A stretch of DNA of 33,247 nucleotides from an uncultured Methanosarcinales archaeon (GCA_964615385.1 CAZTMQ010000003.1:1-33247); one strand, 5' to 3'. Counted from the first letter of the stretch, positions 8,197 through 16,429 are shown. Numbers and translations: made by a program. Notes: generated from the sequence alone by a model not told the origin.

Positions 8197-9663
8197 TTAT
8201 GGACTTTCTGTTTCTTTCAAAGGGCTTTTTTCTTTATCTATTGTCTCTTTAGGCTTTGTTTCCTCAGACTTTGGCTCTTCAGACTCTGTCTCTTCAGCCT
8301 TTTTTTTGCCCCTCATCTTTTTTCGGATTAAAAGTATTAGTCCTGTTGTTATTAGCGCAAGAGCAATTGTACCTATTGCTGCAAATATGTTATTTAGTAA
8401 TCCTGGTTTAAAGACAAGCAAGCTTCCTAATGCAAGCATCATCATTCCTGAAAGAAGCTTTAAAGCTTCACCTTGGGATTGAGAAAGCTTCTTTGCTCCA
8501 AAGGTGTAGGTAAATAAAAGCACAATGCTAAGCAATGGGATTATATATACCAGGTTATAAAATAAAAGGTACAAGTAATAGCTTAACGTACTAAGATCAT
8601 TAAGTACAAGCAATTTTGTAAATACCATTGGAAAGCCCGCGGTGCATAATAGCTCGTATAAATTAGCAGCGATTGCAAGAGTGATTGTACCAATCATCAT
8701 AGAAAACATTGATTCTGCCTTTAGAAGGGATCTCATCTTTGAGATAAGGCTCTTTTTGTGCTTATCTGAGACCGATAGTGAAACTCCTTTTTTGAATGCA
8801 AAAAAATCCTTTATGTTTATTGCAGCAATCGTTAATGCGACAAGGCCTGCTACTGTTGTTATTATGCTTATATTTTTTGTTACCATGAAAAAATTCAGCC
8901 ATGCAGCCATGAAAAGGAAGTATATTAACCCTGAGAAAAATACGAATGTAAGCCCAATAATTAACATCCTCTTTTTGCTTCTTGCATAAACAAGCATTGA
9001 AAGCAAAAATAGCAAAACAAAGAATGCGCAAGGGTTAAAACCGTCTAAAAATCCTAAAAGTATTGTTATTATAGGAAGTGAGACGCTGTTTGAACTTATC
9101 TCACCAAAGATTGGAATATTAACTGTTTCTTCTGTATTATTATTTGATGTAGAGTTCAACTCCGATTCAGGTTCAGAATTATTTTCTTTATTTCCTATAG
9201 CTTCTTCATTTTCGGTATCGCCTTCTTCGGTTCTTGGATCAACATTTATATAATCGCTCACATATGATGAGTTTGTTGCATCTCCATTTGTTGCATGGGA
9301 AAGAATTGCATCAATAATCTTTCCATTCATCTGTGGGCTATATCCCACAAAGTATTCATCGCCAATAAAGGCGGTTGGAACGCCTCTTACTTCAAATCCG
9401 TAGTCTTTGGCCATTTGTTCGAAAAGGGCTCTGTTTTCTTCATCATACCACACCTCATAATAGAGTGGGTTGATGTAGCTATATTCTTCTTTTAAAGAAT
9501 TAAGATACTCCTCTAACTGCGCACAATGTGGACACGTTTGTCCAATAAATACATGAATATCTACAGTATTATTTTTAGCTTCTGCAACCGGAATGTAAAA
9601 TAAACTTAAACAAAGCAAAAACAGCGTTATCAATAGTCCCTTGTTGATTTTTATTCCTTTCAT
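8197..9663 (-). CDS. Thioredoxin-fold (CPHC) domain fused to a DsbD/CcdA-type transmembrane thiol-disulfide transporter
   Basis: Signal/anchor MKGIKINKGLLITLFLLCLSLF, Trx-like domain with CPHC, acidic linker, and a polytopic domain with FNPCAFF and LLCTAGFP (the two conserved membrane Cys). It ends in a K/E-rich tail. The ATG at 9663 is preferred over the longer track ORF. Confidence 0.7.
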   Translation of the reverse strand: MKGIKINKGLLITLFLLCLSLFYIPVAEAKNNTVDIHVFIGQTCPHCAQLEEYLNSLKEEYSYINPLYYEVWYDEENRALFEQMAKDYGFEVRGVPTAFIGDEYFVGYSPQMNGKIIDAILSHATNGDATNSSYVSDYINVDPRTEEGDTENEEAIGNKENNSEPESELNSTSNNNTEETVNIPIFGEISSNSVSLPIITILLGFLDGFNPCAFFVLLFLLSMLVYARSKKRMLIIGLTFVFFSGLIYFLFMAAWLNFFMVTKNISIITTVAGLVALTIAAINIKDFFAFKKGVSLSVSDKHKKSLISKMRSLLKAESMFSMMIGTITLAIAANLYELLCTAGFPMVFTKLLVLNDLSTLSYYLYLLFYNLVYIIPLLSIVLLFTYTFGAKKLSQSQGEALKLLSGMMMLALGSLLVFKPGLLNNIFAAIGTIALALITTGLILLIRKKMRGKKKAEETESEEPKSEETKPKETIDKEKSPLKETESP

Positions 9664-9723
9664 TTTAGTATATCTTATTATGAAACAACATATAATCCTT
9701 TGTTTCATTATTTGAAACATTTA

Positions 9724-10227
9724 CTAAGAACAAAACAATTCCTTAAGCTCTTCATTAAGAGAAATTAGGTTTGTCATCCCATTTGGAGACTTTTTAATTA
9801 TATTCTTTTGTTCCAATTTCAAAAGTTCCCTTGATATCTTCACTTTATTCAGTCTTGTCTCTTTTGTTATCTCCGATTGGGTGGCCGAGCCGTTTCTTTT
9901 GATTAATGTCTCTATTATCCTTTTACAGTCTGTATCTAAAAATGTAAGTGTTGCGCTGGCATCTTTATTTATCCTTACAATTTCTTTTCTATGTCTTTCA
10001 GATATAAAGTAGTAAAGGGTGCTTCCTACAAAAAGACCAAACAAAGAAAGTAAGATAAGAATCAAAGTCACCTCATTTTTAATACGGCATTCAAGAGTGC
10101 ATAAAACCTTCTCATTTAGGTAGGTGAGGAGGAAGAATACCAAGGCCGCGAACCCAGAAGCAATTCCTATTATAAGCCATAACTTCAACAGTGGATTTCT
10201 CATAATTTTGTTTTGGTAATAAGTCAT
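9724..10227 (-). CDS. Membrane-anchored winged-helix (MarR-like) protein
   Basis: 167 aa with two predicted TM helices followed by a wHTH segment (LIKRNGSATQSEITKETRLNKVKISRELLKLEQKNII). It lies 3 nt upstream of the Trx-DsbD gene on the same strand. Confidence 0.5.
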   Translation of the reverse strand: MTYYQNKIMRNPLLKLWLIIGIASGFAALVFFLLTYLNEKVLCTLECRIKNEVTLILILLSLFGLFVGSTLYYFISERHRKEIVRINKDASATLTFLDTDCKRIIETLIKRNGSATQSEITKETRLNKVKISRELLKLEQKNIIKKSPNGMTNLISLNEELKELFCS

Positions 10228-10291
10228 TTATAAATATTTTTCTAATTGGCTTAAATAGCATAAGCACTTAATCCAGATCTTTGTTTTTTTA

Positions 10292-10427
10292 TTAATAGAA
10301 AGGCATACCACGTGTTTCAACTCAAGGACTCGGTACGCTTTTTTGTAATCAACAACCTCGCTGAATGCAGCGCATGCTTTTATATTACCAACATACCTCA
10401 CCCTCCAGGGTGAAGTTGTTGATTTTT
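10292..10427 (-). repeat. 136-bp GC-enriched element, copy B (inverted relative to copy A)
   Basis: The reverse complement matches 3303-3438 at about 125/136 positions with no indels. Weaker flanking similarity continues, for example 10518-10538 versus 3230-3250. It lies in a divergent intergenic region. Confidence 0.6.
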
Positions 10428-10684
10428 AATTTTGTGAAATACTTTCTTTTTTCATACTTTATTCTTAAGAAGGGTGTAATAAAAGACGTATTCACAGACA
10501 AATAAGCTGGGCCATTGGCGAGACACCTTGGCGTTTATACCACAGTTATTCATTTTTTTATCAATTATGTGTTCACTAATTAGGCGGGTACAATGAATTT
10601 TTAGAGTAGTTTACTAGAGTATTTTTACTTGGATTTAGCTGTTTTTAGAAATCTTTAAAAAACCTAGTGCCTAAAATATTTTGT

Positions 10685-11206
10685 ATGTTTGTCAGAACTA
10701 AGAGGTTTAAGAATAACGAATACGCCTACCTTGTTCAAAATAGATGGACTAAAAAGGGGACAAGGCAGAAAGCTGTGAAATATCTTGGTAAGGTAATATG
10801 CCCATTGATAATAGCAAAAACTGATGAAAAGACCACCAAATTGTTAGGAATAAAGGAGCTAGCAAAAAAGAGCTATAAGGAAACGCTAAAAAGCATTCTT
10901 AATCAAGTAGTTAAAGAACTTGAATTTAAAAATCAAGAAGATATTTCTATTAATATTTCTAAATTTGAGGTTCTTTTGGATGGCAAGCCTTGTGTTTTGA
11001 AATTAAAAGAGGGGTTTTTTTGTGGTTACACGCTAAAAAGGCTTTTTAACCTAAAATATGTTGGTCAAGAAAAACTTGACTTTGGATATAAGCTTGCTGA
11101 AGGCCTTCTTATATGTGGAATTAGCCTAGACAAAGAAATTTTCGTGGAACTTTGCAATAAGGCGTTTTACGAGCACGAAAACAAAAGTAGGATAAGCGTT
11201 AGCTAA
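10685..11206 (+). CDS. Hypothetical protein
   Basis: 173 aa from the ATG at 10685 (the track uses the GTG at 10667). The basic N-terminus is MFVRTKRFKNNEYAYLVQNRWTKKGTRQKAVKYLGK. I recognise no catalytic motifs. Confidence 0.45.
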   Translation: MFVRTKRFKNNEYAYLVQNRWTKKGTRQKAVKYLGKVICPLIIAKTDEKTTKLLGIKELAKKSYKETLKSILNQVVKELEFKNQEDISINISKFEVLLDGKPCVLKLKEGFFCGYTLKRLFNLKYVGQEKLDFGYKLAEGLLICGISLDKEIFVELCNKAFYEHENKSRISVS

Positions 11207-11279
11207 AAAAAGTGCTTACAATCACATATAGTCAATTTCTATTAAAGCCTTGAAAGTCTTGAGAAGAATTTAAAGAAAG

Positions 11280-11397
11280 GCGAACGGCTTTTTGGTATTC
11301 CCGTTCATGAGAACAGTACTCGCCAAAACGCAAAGGCCAGCTTGACTGCCGAGTTCGAAAAGGGTTCGGGTATTACCTGACCGCTATGGCCGTTCTA
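11280..11397 (-). rRNA. rrf: 5S ribosomal RNA
   Basis: The minus-strand read is gaacGGCCAUAGCGGUCAGG..ACCCGAACCC..UCGAACUCGGCAGUCAAGCUGGCC...GAGUACUG...GGGAAUACCAAAAAGCCGUUC. Helix I pairs 11389-11395 with 11282-11288, helix II is GGUCAG/CUGGCC, and loop-E-like AGUA/GAA is present. Ends are uncertain by a few nt. Confidence 0.85.
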
Positions 11398-11416
11398 GAT
11401 GTTGGGAGTTCTCTTC

Positions 11417-11430
11417 CTTTTAAAAATGTT
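11417..11430 (-). promoter_or_regulatory. Candidate TATA box for the 5S gene
   Basis: The minus strand reads aacatttttaaaag, centred about 25 nt upstream of the predicted 5S 5' end. Confidence 0.3.
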
Positions 11431-11534
11431 ACGTTTAGATAGCTTGTTTTGGCAGAGAGAATCTATAAAAAAGCACTAATCTAAAGCAAAATGCTTATAA
11501 ATTGATAATTTTTTACTAAGAAATGGTGTAATTC

Positions 11535-12584
11535 GTGAAAAGGCTAGTAAAAGGGGTCGATAACAAGAGAAAAGTGACAAGTGGAGAGTCAGCTAGGCTT
11601 CAGGCGATAATCCCTGCAGCAGGGGTTGGAACAAGGCTTAGGCCTCACACACATACGCTGCCAAAGGCTCTTATTACCGTAGGGGGAAAGCCTATAATTG
11701 CACATATTCTTGATTCTTTGGTTAATGTTGGGGTTGATGATGTTGTTGTTATTATTGGATATTTAGGGGATAAAATAAGAGATTATATTAAAAGGAATTA
11801 TCCAGCTCTAAAAGCTACTTTTGTCGAACAAAAAGAAAGAAAGGGTCTTGGCCATGCAATTGGGATGGCAAAACAATTTATCTCAAATCCAGTAATAATT
11901 ATTTACGGGGATACTCTCTTCGAGGGAGACATCTCGTTAGGGCTTTCATGTGGTTGTGATGGCGCTATAGGAACAAAAGTAGTAGATGACCCCAGACGAT
12001 TTGGAGTTGTTGAAAAGTCTGATGAATTCATAACAAAACTTGTAGAGAAACCTGATTACATCAAGCCAAGCGAGGTTATTGTAGGGGTAAATTATATCAG
12101 GGATTATAAGATGATGTTTAAGGCGATTGATCATATAATTGATAATAACATAACCTTGAAAGGCGAGTATCAACTGACTGATGCATTTGAAATTATGGTT
12201 GAATGGGGCGCACAGCTAAAAACCTTTCCAATACAAAACTGGTTTGATTGTGGAACTGCACAGGCACTTATTGAGACAAATAGGCACATTTTAAAAAGGC
12301 ATAGTAATACAGCAACACCTGTTATTTTCAAGGGCAATATATTGATACCTCCAGTGTTCATATCAAAAAGCTCAAGAATTACTAAGTCTATTATAGGCCC
12401 TTATGTTACTGTTTCTGATGAGTGCGAGATATCCAATTCCATTGTAAGTGACTCAATAGTAAACGAGGGCGCGAAGGTTGAAGATATTGTTATTACTGAA
12501 TCGATATTAGGTAATTACAGTGTTACAAAGGGCAATGTTGAAAAAATAAATATTGGAGAAAATTCAGAGATTGAATTTAAATGA
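11535..12584 (+). CDS. Sugar-1-phosphate nucleotidyltransferase (NDP-sugar pyrophosphorylase) with C-terminal left-handed beta-helix
   Basis: AIIPAAGVGTRLRPHTHTLPKALITVGGKPII signature, then hexapeptide-like I/V-G/N repeats near the C-terminus. The start is uncertain: no in-frame ATG lies upstream of the motif, so GTG at 11535 or 11574. Confidence 0.8.
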   Translation: MKRLVKGVDNKRKVTSGESARLQAIIPAAGVGTRLRPHTHTLPKALITVGGKPIIAHILDSLVNVGVDDVVVIIGYLGDKIRDYIKRNYPALKATFVEQKERKGLGHAIGMAKQFISNPVIIIYGDTLFEGDISLGLSCGCDGAIGTKVVDDPRRFGVVEKSDEFITKLVEKPDYIKPSEVIVGVNYIRDYKMMFKAIDHIIDNNITLKGEYQLTDAFEIMVEWGAQLKTFPIQNWFDCGTAQALIETNRHILKRHSNTATPVIFKGNILIPPVFISKSSRITKSIIGPYVTVSDECEISNSIVSDSIVNEGAKVEDIVITESILGNYSVTKGNVEKINIGENSEIEFK

Positions 12585-12602
12585 TCGAGTTTAGATTATA
12601 GC

Positions 12603-12634
12603 TTTTTTATTTTTTTATTCTTTTTAGTTTTTTT
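12603..12634 (+). terminator. Oligo-T tract cluster between convergent genes
   Basis: Four T-runs of 5-7 nt lie within 32 nt, just downstream of the nucleotidyltransferase stop. Archaeal termination typically uses oligo-T. Confidence 0.35.
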
Positions 12635-12683
12635 GTGTTCTAATGGCTTTATTTTAGAATTTTTTAGTGCCTTGACTTTAAGA

Positions 12684-13436
12684 TTAGTATACTTTGAATA
12701 GTTTTCTTAGTATTGAGTTTACTATCAAAGAAAAGAGTATGTATGCCCATATCCAGTTGAGCTTAAATAATAACAAATCAATTTTCATCTTTTCGTTTCC
12801 AAGCGTTATTGATTTTAGATTGGATTCCACTATGTTCTTAGTGACTGGAGAGTACTTCTGATTGGCGGTTATTATTACATCCTTTTCAAAGGTTCTTTCT
12901 TTGTAATTAATTGTAACGTTAAATTCCCCTTCAACTGATGCTTTAAGCCCATATGTTAATGTATTGGAGAGATTTTCTGCGGGTTTTGAAAAAAGCTCAA
13001 TTTCGGAAGGTAAAATAAGCTCAACTTCTGAGGGTGTAACCTCTTCATCAAAAAGAAGAGTAATATTAAAAACTGAATCTGGTTCTAAAGGGTAATACGC
13101 AAAGTTTGAAGATAAGAAAGTAAACAATATTATTATTGGAATAAGCGTGTAAATATTTAGCTTAAAGGAGTGCTTAAACATCTTTGAGCTTGTAGCCATA
13201 AGCTCTTGGTTTAGTTGGTTTATCTTTTTCACATCATTTCTGTAAAGCTTCATTTCCTTTTGAAGCTCTTTTTGGTGGTCCCTTAGTGCCTTCATCTCTT
13301 TTTGGTCTAAAACAAGTTTGCTTGTTATGATAATTATTAAGGCGCCCAAAGTAGCAAAGAAAAGCACAGCTAGCGTTGGATGTAAAGACAAAGTCCAATT
13401 AAACAAAAATCCAAAAGTTGTGTCAAAAAATCCCAT
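12684..13436 (-). CDS. DUF106/EMC3-type YidC-like membrane insertase with a large extracytoplasmic insertion
   Basis: TM1, then a K/E-rich coiled-coil hairpin (DQKEMKALRDHQKELQKEMKLYRND), TM2, a roughly 105-aa beta-rich segment and TM3. Its position after secY is conserved in archaea. Confidence 0.6.
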   Translation of the reverse strand: MGFFDTTFGFLFNWTLSLHPTLAVLFFATLGALIIIITSKLVLDQKEMKALRDHQKELQKEMKLYRNDVKKINQLNQELMATSSKMFKHSFKLNIYTLIPIIILFTFLSSNFAYYPLEPDSVFNITLLFDEEVTPSEVELILPSEIELFSKPAENLSNTLTYGLKASVEGEFNVTINYKERTFEKDVIITANQKYSPVTKNIVESNLKSITLGNEKMKIDLLLFKLNWIWAYILFSLIVNSILRKLFKVY

Positions 13437-13688
13437 TTTTAATCATTTAACTTATACAATGCTTCAAGGTTAGCCATTTTAATAGCAAACCATATTTAAC
13501 CATTTTTAGCAACAATGTTTACATAAAGCAATACGAAAAAGATACTTTTAGCGATAATAGCGATAATAGCAATAATAGCAATTTTAACAACAAAACTCAT
13601 ACCAATGATAAAACAATGCTAATAAAATCCTAATAACCACTAAAAAAACTATTAAAAAATTAGCATAATAAAATTTACATAATAAAAA

Positions 13689-15095
13689 TCAGCCTTTAAT
13701 AAACTTCCTTACTGCAGGGTTCATTTCATTTAGGTGCTGTTTTGTGATATCTTCATAGAGTTTATAGACTATCATAACTGATAATAAGATGCCTGTTCCC
13801 CTTGAAAGAGCATTAGTCATATCAGCAAGTGCTGCAAGCAAGCCTACTGATGCTCCACCCATTACTGTTAATGGCCAGATATACCTCGAGAGCATCCTTT
13901 CTAAAATCTTTGAATCCCTTCTAAATCCAGGAATCTGAAGCCCAGAGCTTAATATCTGGTTTGCCTGGCTTTTGGGGTCCATTCCTGAGGTTTTCACCCA
14001 GAAAAGAGAGAATAATATTGAGCCTCCTACCATTAAAACAAGATAAGTCAAGGCAGCGATTAAAAGCATCGTTGTAAAAGAGTTATTAATTAGCGCTCCC
14101 ACTACATTAGGCCCTGAAAAATACACGCTGAATTGGTCTAATGCTTGGTTTGTCCAACGGCCTATCAGACCCAAAACCATGCTCACATTAGCAAGCAATG
14201 TTGCAGTAAGTATAACTGGAATATTGCTTGTATAAATGAAATTTAAAGGCCACCTTATGGCAAAGCCCCTAACTCTGCCGGGTGCCAGGGGAATTTCTAT
14301 TTTTAAGGATTGCAAAAATACTGATGCCGCGAATACCACTAGGGTAAATACTATCCTTAAGCTATTTGATAGTACAACAGCAGCATCACCTTTTGAAAGC
14401 GCCTGAAATATTGCAAGCAAAGCACCATCATAGTATTCCCCTCCTGTTGTCCTTAACCAGCTAAAGGTTTCTATGAAAATTGTCCTGCTAACCCCTGCTA
14501 CAATAAAGAGGCTAATCCCTGAGCCAAATCCCCATTTGGAGATGAGATCATCCATAAGCATTACCAAGAAGCCACCGATACAAACTTGGATAAATAAAAG
14601 GATTTTAAGGGAGGTTATCTGGCTTGAGGTAAGTTCAATCGCTCCTTCTACAAAGTTTGAAACAAATGAAGAGCTTGCTGGGTCATAGAACCTCGCAGCA
14701 GTGAGCCCACCAAGGAATACGTATATTCCTCCTTCAAGCAGTATAAAAAGAACAGATAGTACCTTCTGAAGGGCTTGAAACTTCTTTTTGCCATCTTCAG
14801 TTGTCATGTCTATTTTAACAATCTCAGCACCTACTAAGAGTTGCAAAACAATTGAAGAGGTAACTATAGGCCCAATACCTAAACTCAGAATAGAACCAAA
14901 TGTTGCTCCAATAAGAATTGAAAGCATCTTAAACCTTTCAGTTTCCTGAGCAGGAAGCCCAAATAAAGGAACTAGAGTAAGAACAAAATATATAACCAAG
15001 ATAAGTAAGGTCCACTTAAGCTTTGTGTTGAAAGAAACCATCTGCTGAGTCGGTTTTTCGACATCAGGAATGAATTTTGCGAACTTATCAATCAT
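13689..15095 (-). CDS. secY: Preprotein translocase subunit SecY
   Basis: Polytopic protein at the end of the spc-type operon, with the typical start MIDKFAKFIPDVEKP. The ATG at 15095 is preferred over the GTG at 15143. Confidence 0.95.
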   Translation of the reverse strand: MIDKFAKFIPDVEKPTQQMVSFNTKLKWTLLILVIYFVLTLVPLFGLPAQETERFKMLSILIGATFGSILSLGIGPIVTSSIVLQLLVGAEIVKIDMTTEDGKKKFQALQKVLSVLFILLEGGIYVFLGGLTAARFYDPASSSFVSNFVEGAIELTSSQITSLKILLFIQVCIGGFLVMLMDDLISKWGFGSGISLFIVAGVSRTIFIETFSWLRTTGGEYYDGALLAIFQALSKGDAAVVLSNSLRIVFTLVVFAASVFLQSLKIEIPLAPGRVRGFAIRWPLNFIYTSNIPVILTATLLANVSMVLGLIGRWTNQALDQFSVYFSGPNVVGALINNSFTTMLLIAALTYLVLMVGGSILFSLFWVKTSGMDPKSQANQILSSGLQIPGFRRDSKILERMLSRYIWPLTVMGGASVGLLAALADMTNALSRGTGILLSVMIVYKLYEDITKQHLNEMNPAVRKFIKG

Positions 15096-15236
15096 TTTTA
15101 ACACAGCACGTTTATTGTTTTTAAAGCTTGCTATTGAAAACACTAGTAAACGCCAAAAAAGGTATTTTTGGGAAAAACACGAAAAATCAAAAGCCCAAAA
15201 CTAAAAATTTTTAACGATTTTTAACTAAATTGAGTT

Positions 15237-15743
15237 TTATTCATCCAAATCTTTGTTATCTTCTGTCGCTTCAGATGAATCGGAACTTAGTTCATTTTGA
15301 ATTGTCTTTACACTTCCCTTTGCACTTTCTATCTTTTCTATCGCCTTTTGCGACGCAAAGTCAATGGTGATATCAACGGCTTTTGAGATCCTTCCTTTTC
15401 CTAAAAGCTTATTATATTTAGTTTTTGAAAGGTCTAAAGTGTAGGAATTGCCTTCCTTTTTGCCAGCCCCGCTTGCCACAAATTCTTCAAGCCTGCTTTC
15501 TATCTCTGAAATATTGATTGTGTTATAGTTAACCCTTAACGAAGGTTTTCTTTTGAAGCCATGCTTGCCCTCAAAATTCTTTATTGCCCAAAAACTCGGC
15601 CTTTTTGCATCTGCTCTTTTACCTGAGCCGGCGTTTCCTCTTCCACCTTTATTTCCAGCGCCTCTGGCCTTTTTCTTTCCACCAGTGCCGTGAGTATGCG
15701 ATCCACGCATCCTTGAATCCTTTTTTCTTTTAAGAACCGTCAT
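15237..15743 (-). CDS. rpl15: 50S ribosomal protein uL15
   Basis: MRGSHTHGTGGKKKARGAGNKGGRGNAGSG motif; operon position. Confidence 0.9.
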   Translation of the reverse strand: MTVLKRKKDSRMRGSHTHGTGGKKKARGAGNKGGRGNAGSGKRADAKRPSFWAIKNFEGKHGFKRKPSLRVNYNTINISEIESRLEEFVASGAGKKEGNSYTLDLSKTKYNKLLGKGRISKAVDITIDFASQKAIEKIESAKGSVKTIQNELSSDSSEATEDNKDLDE

Positions 15744-15774
15744 TGTTAATCCCTTTTTTTAAAATCTCATAATA

Positions 15775-16194
15775 TTAAATCATTCTTTTGATAAGCTTCT
15801 CGAATTCAGGCTTATTCCATTTACCTAAAGCTCCATGATTGGTTTTTGGCTTCTTAATTGTGCCTTTAAAGCCCTGTTTTGGCGGAGATAGTCTAAAAGA
15901 TGCTATCTTGCTGTTTGGAGATGTATTTTTTCTCTTTGAAGTAATTTCATCTAAAAGCTCTTTTGAAACCTCTGAGTAAGCAGTATAATCCTTTACTCTT
16001 GCGATTATCCCTTTAAAGGATTCGCTATTTGGGAATATTGCCAAGGTGTGTTTTCTTAAAAGCCTAAGACTTTTGAGACTTAGCCTTACATCGGGTGACA
16101 AATCATGAAGCCCCCTAATCAATACAATTCCAACAAGATCTCCATTATTTTGCTTTTTATCTTGATCTTTAGCCTTTGATTCTTCTTTTGCCAT
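15775..16194 (-). CDS. rpl30: 50S ribosomal protein uL30
   Basis: VLIRGLHDLSPDVRLSLKSLRLLRKHT and the LSPPKQGF motif; operon position. Confidence 0.9.
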   Translation of the reverse strand: MAKEESKAKDQDKKQNNGDLVGIVLIRGLHDLSPDVRLSLKSLRLLRKHTLAIFPNSESFKGIIARVKDYTAYSEVSKELLDEITSKRKNTSPNSKIASFRLSPPKQGFKGTIKKPKTNHGALGKWNKPEFEKLIKRMI

Positions 16195-16429
16195 TTTTAA
16201 TCATTTCCATATGTATACTACGCTTCGCTTGTGTAGCTATCATTAATAATTGCGCATATTAGGGCGCATCGCACAAAATAGTGCTTTTGTTGATATTGTA
16301 AAGCTAACTACTGAAAAATCCCGTAACAAACACCAAAGCCTAAAGTATTGCCTAAAATATTTCTTAAAATCATTTCTGAAATATTTAGTTTTAAAGATGC
16401 TTTGTTTTTTTTTGTTTTTTTTTGTTTAT

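Noticed and set aside
3303-10427. Reading the repeat-bracketed 7.1-kb block as an integrated mobile element or composite transposon
   Set aside because: No integrase, transposase or recombinase is present, and I could not see target-site duplications. The cargo is housekeeping (Fap7, NFACT, decarboxylase, redox module). The inverted repeats are better treated as an RNA or MITE family or as an inversion substrate.
10668-10681. 14-nt identity tgcctaaaatattt shared with 16350-16363; both give MPKIF... starts in the ORF track
   Set aside because: It is a single short AT-rich match with no extended similarity on either side. One site is inside a spurious ORF. Treated as coincidence.
13550-13585. 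Four tandem 9-bp units (agcgataat, agcgataat, agcaataat, agcaatttt) in the secY-DUF106 spacer
   Set aside because: This is a short AT-rich microsatellite with no spacers, so it is not a CRISPR array. It has no partner elsewhere in the window. I could not attach any function to it.
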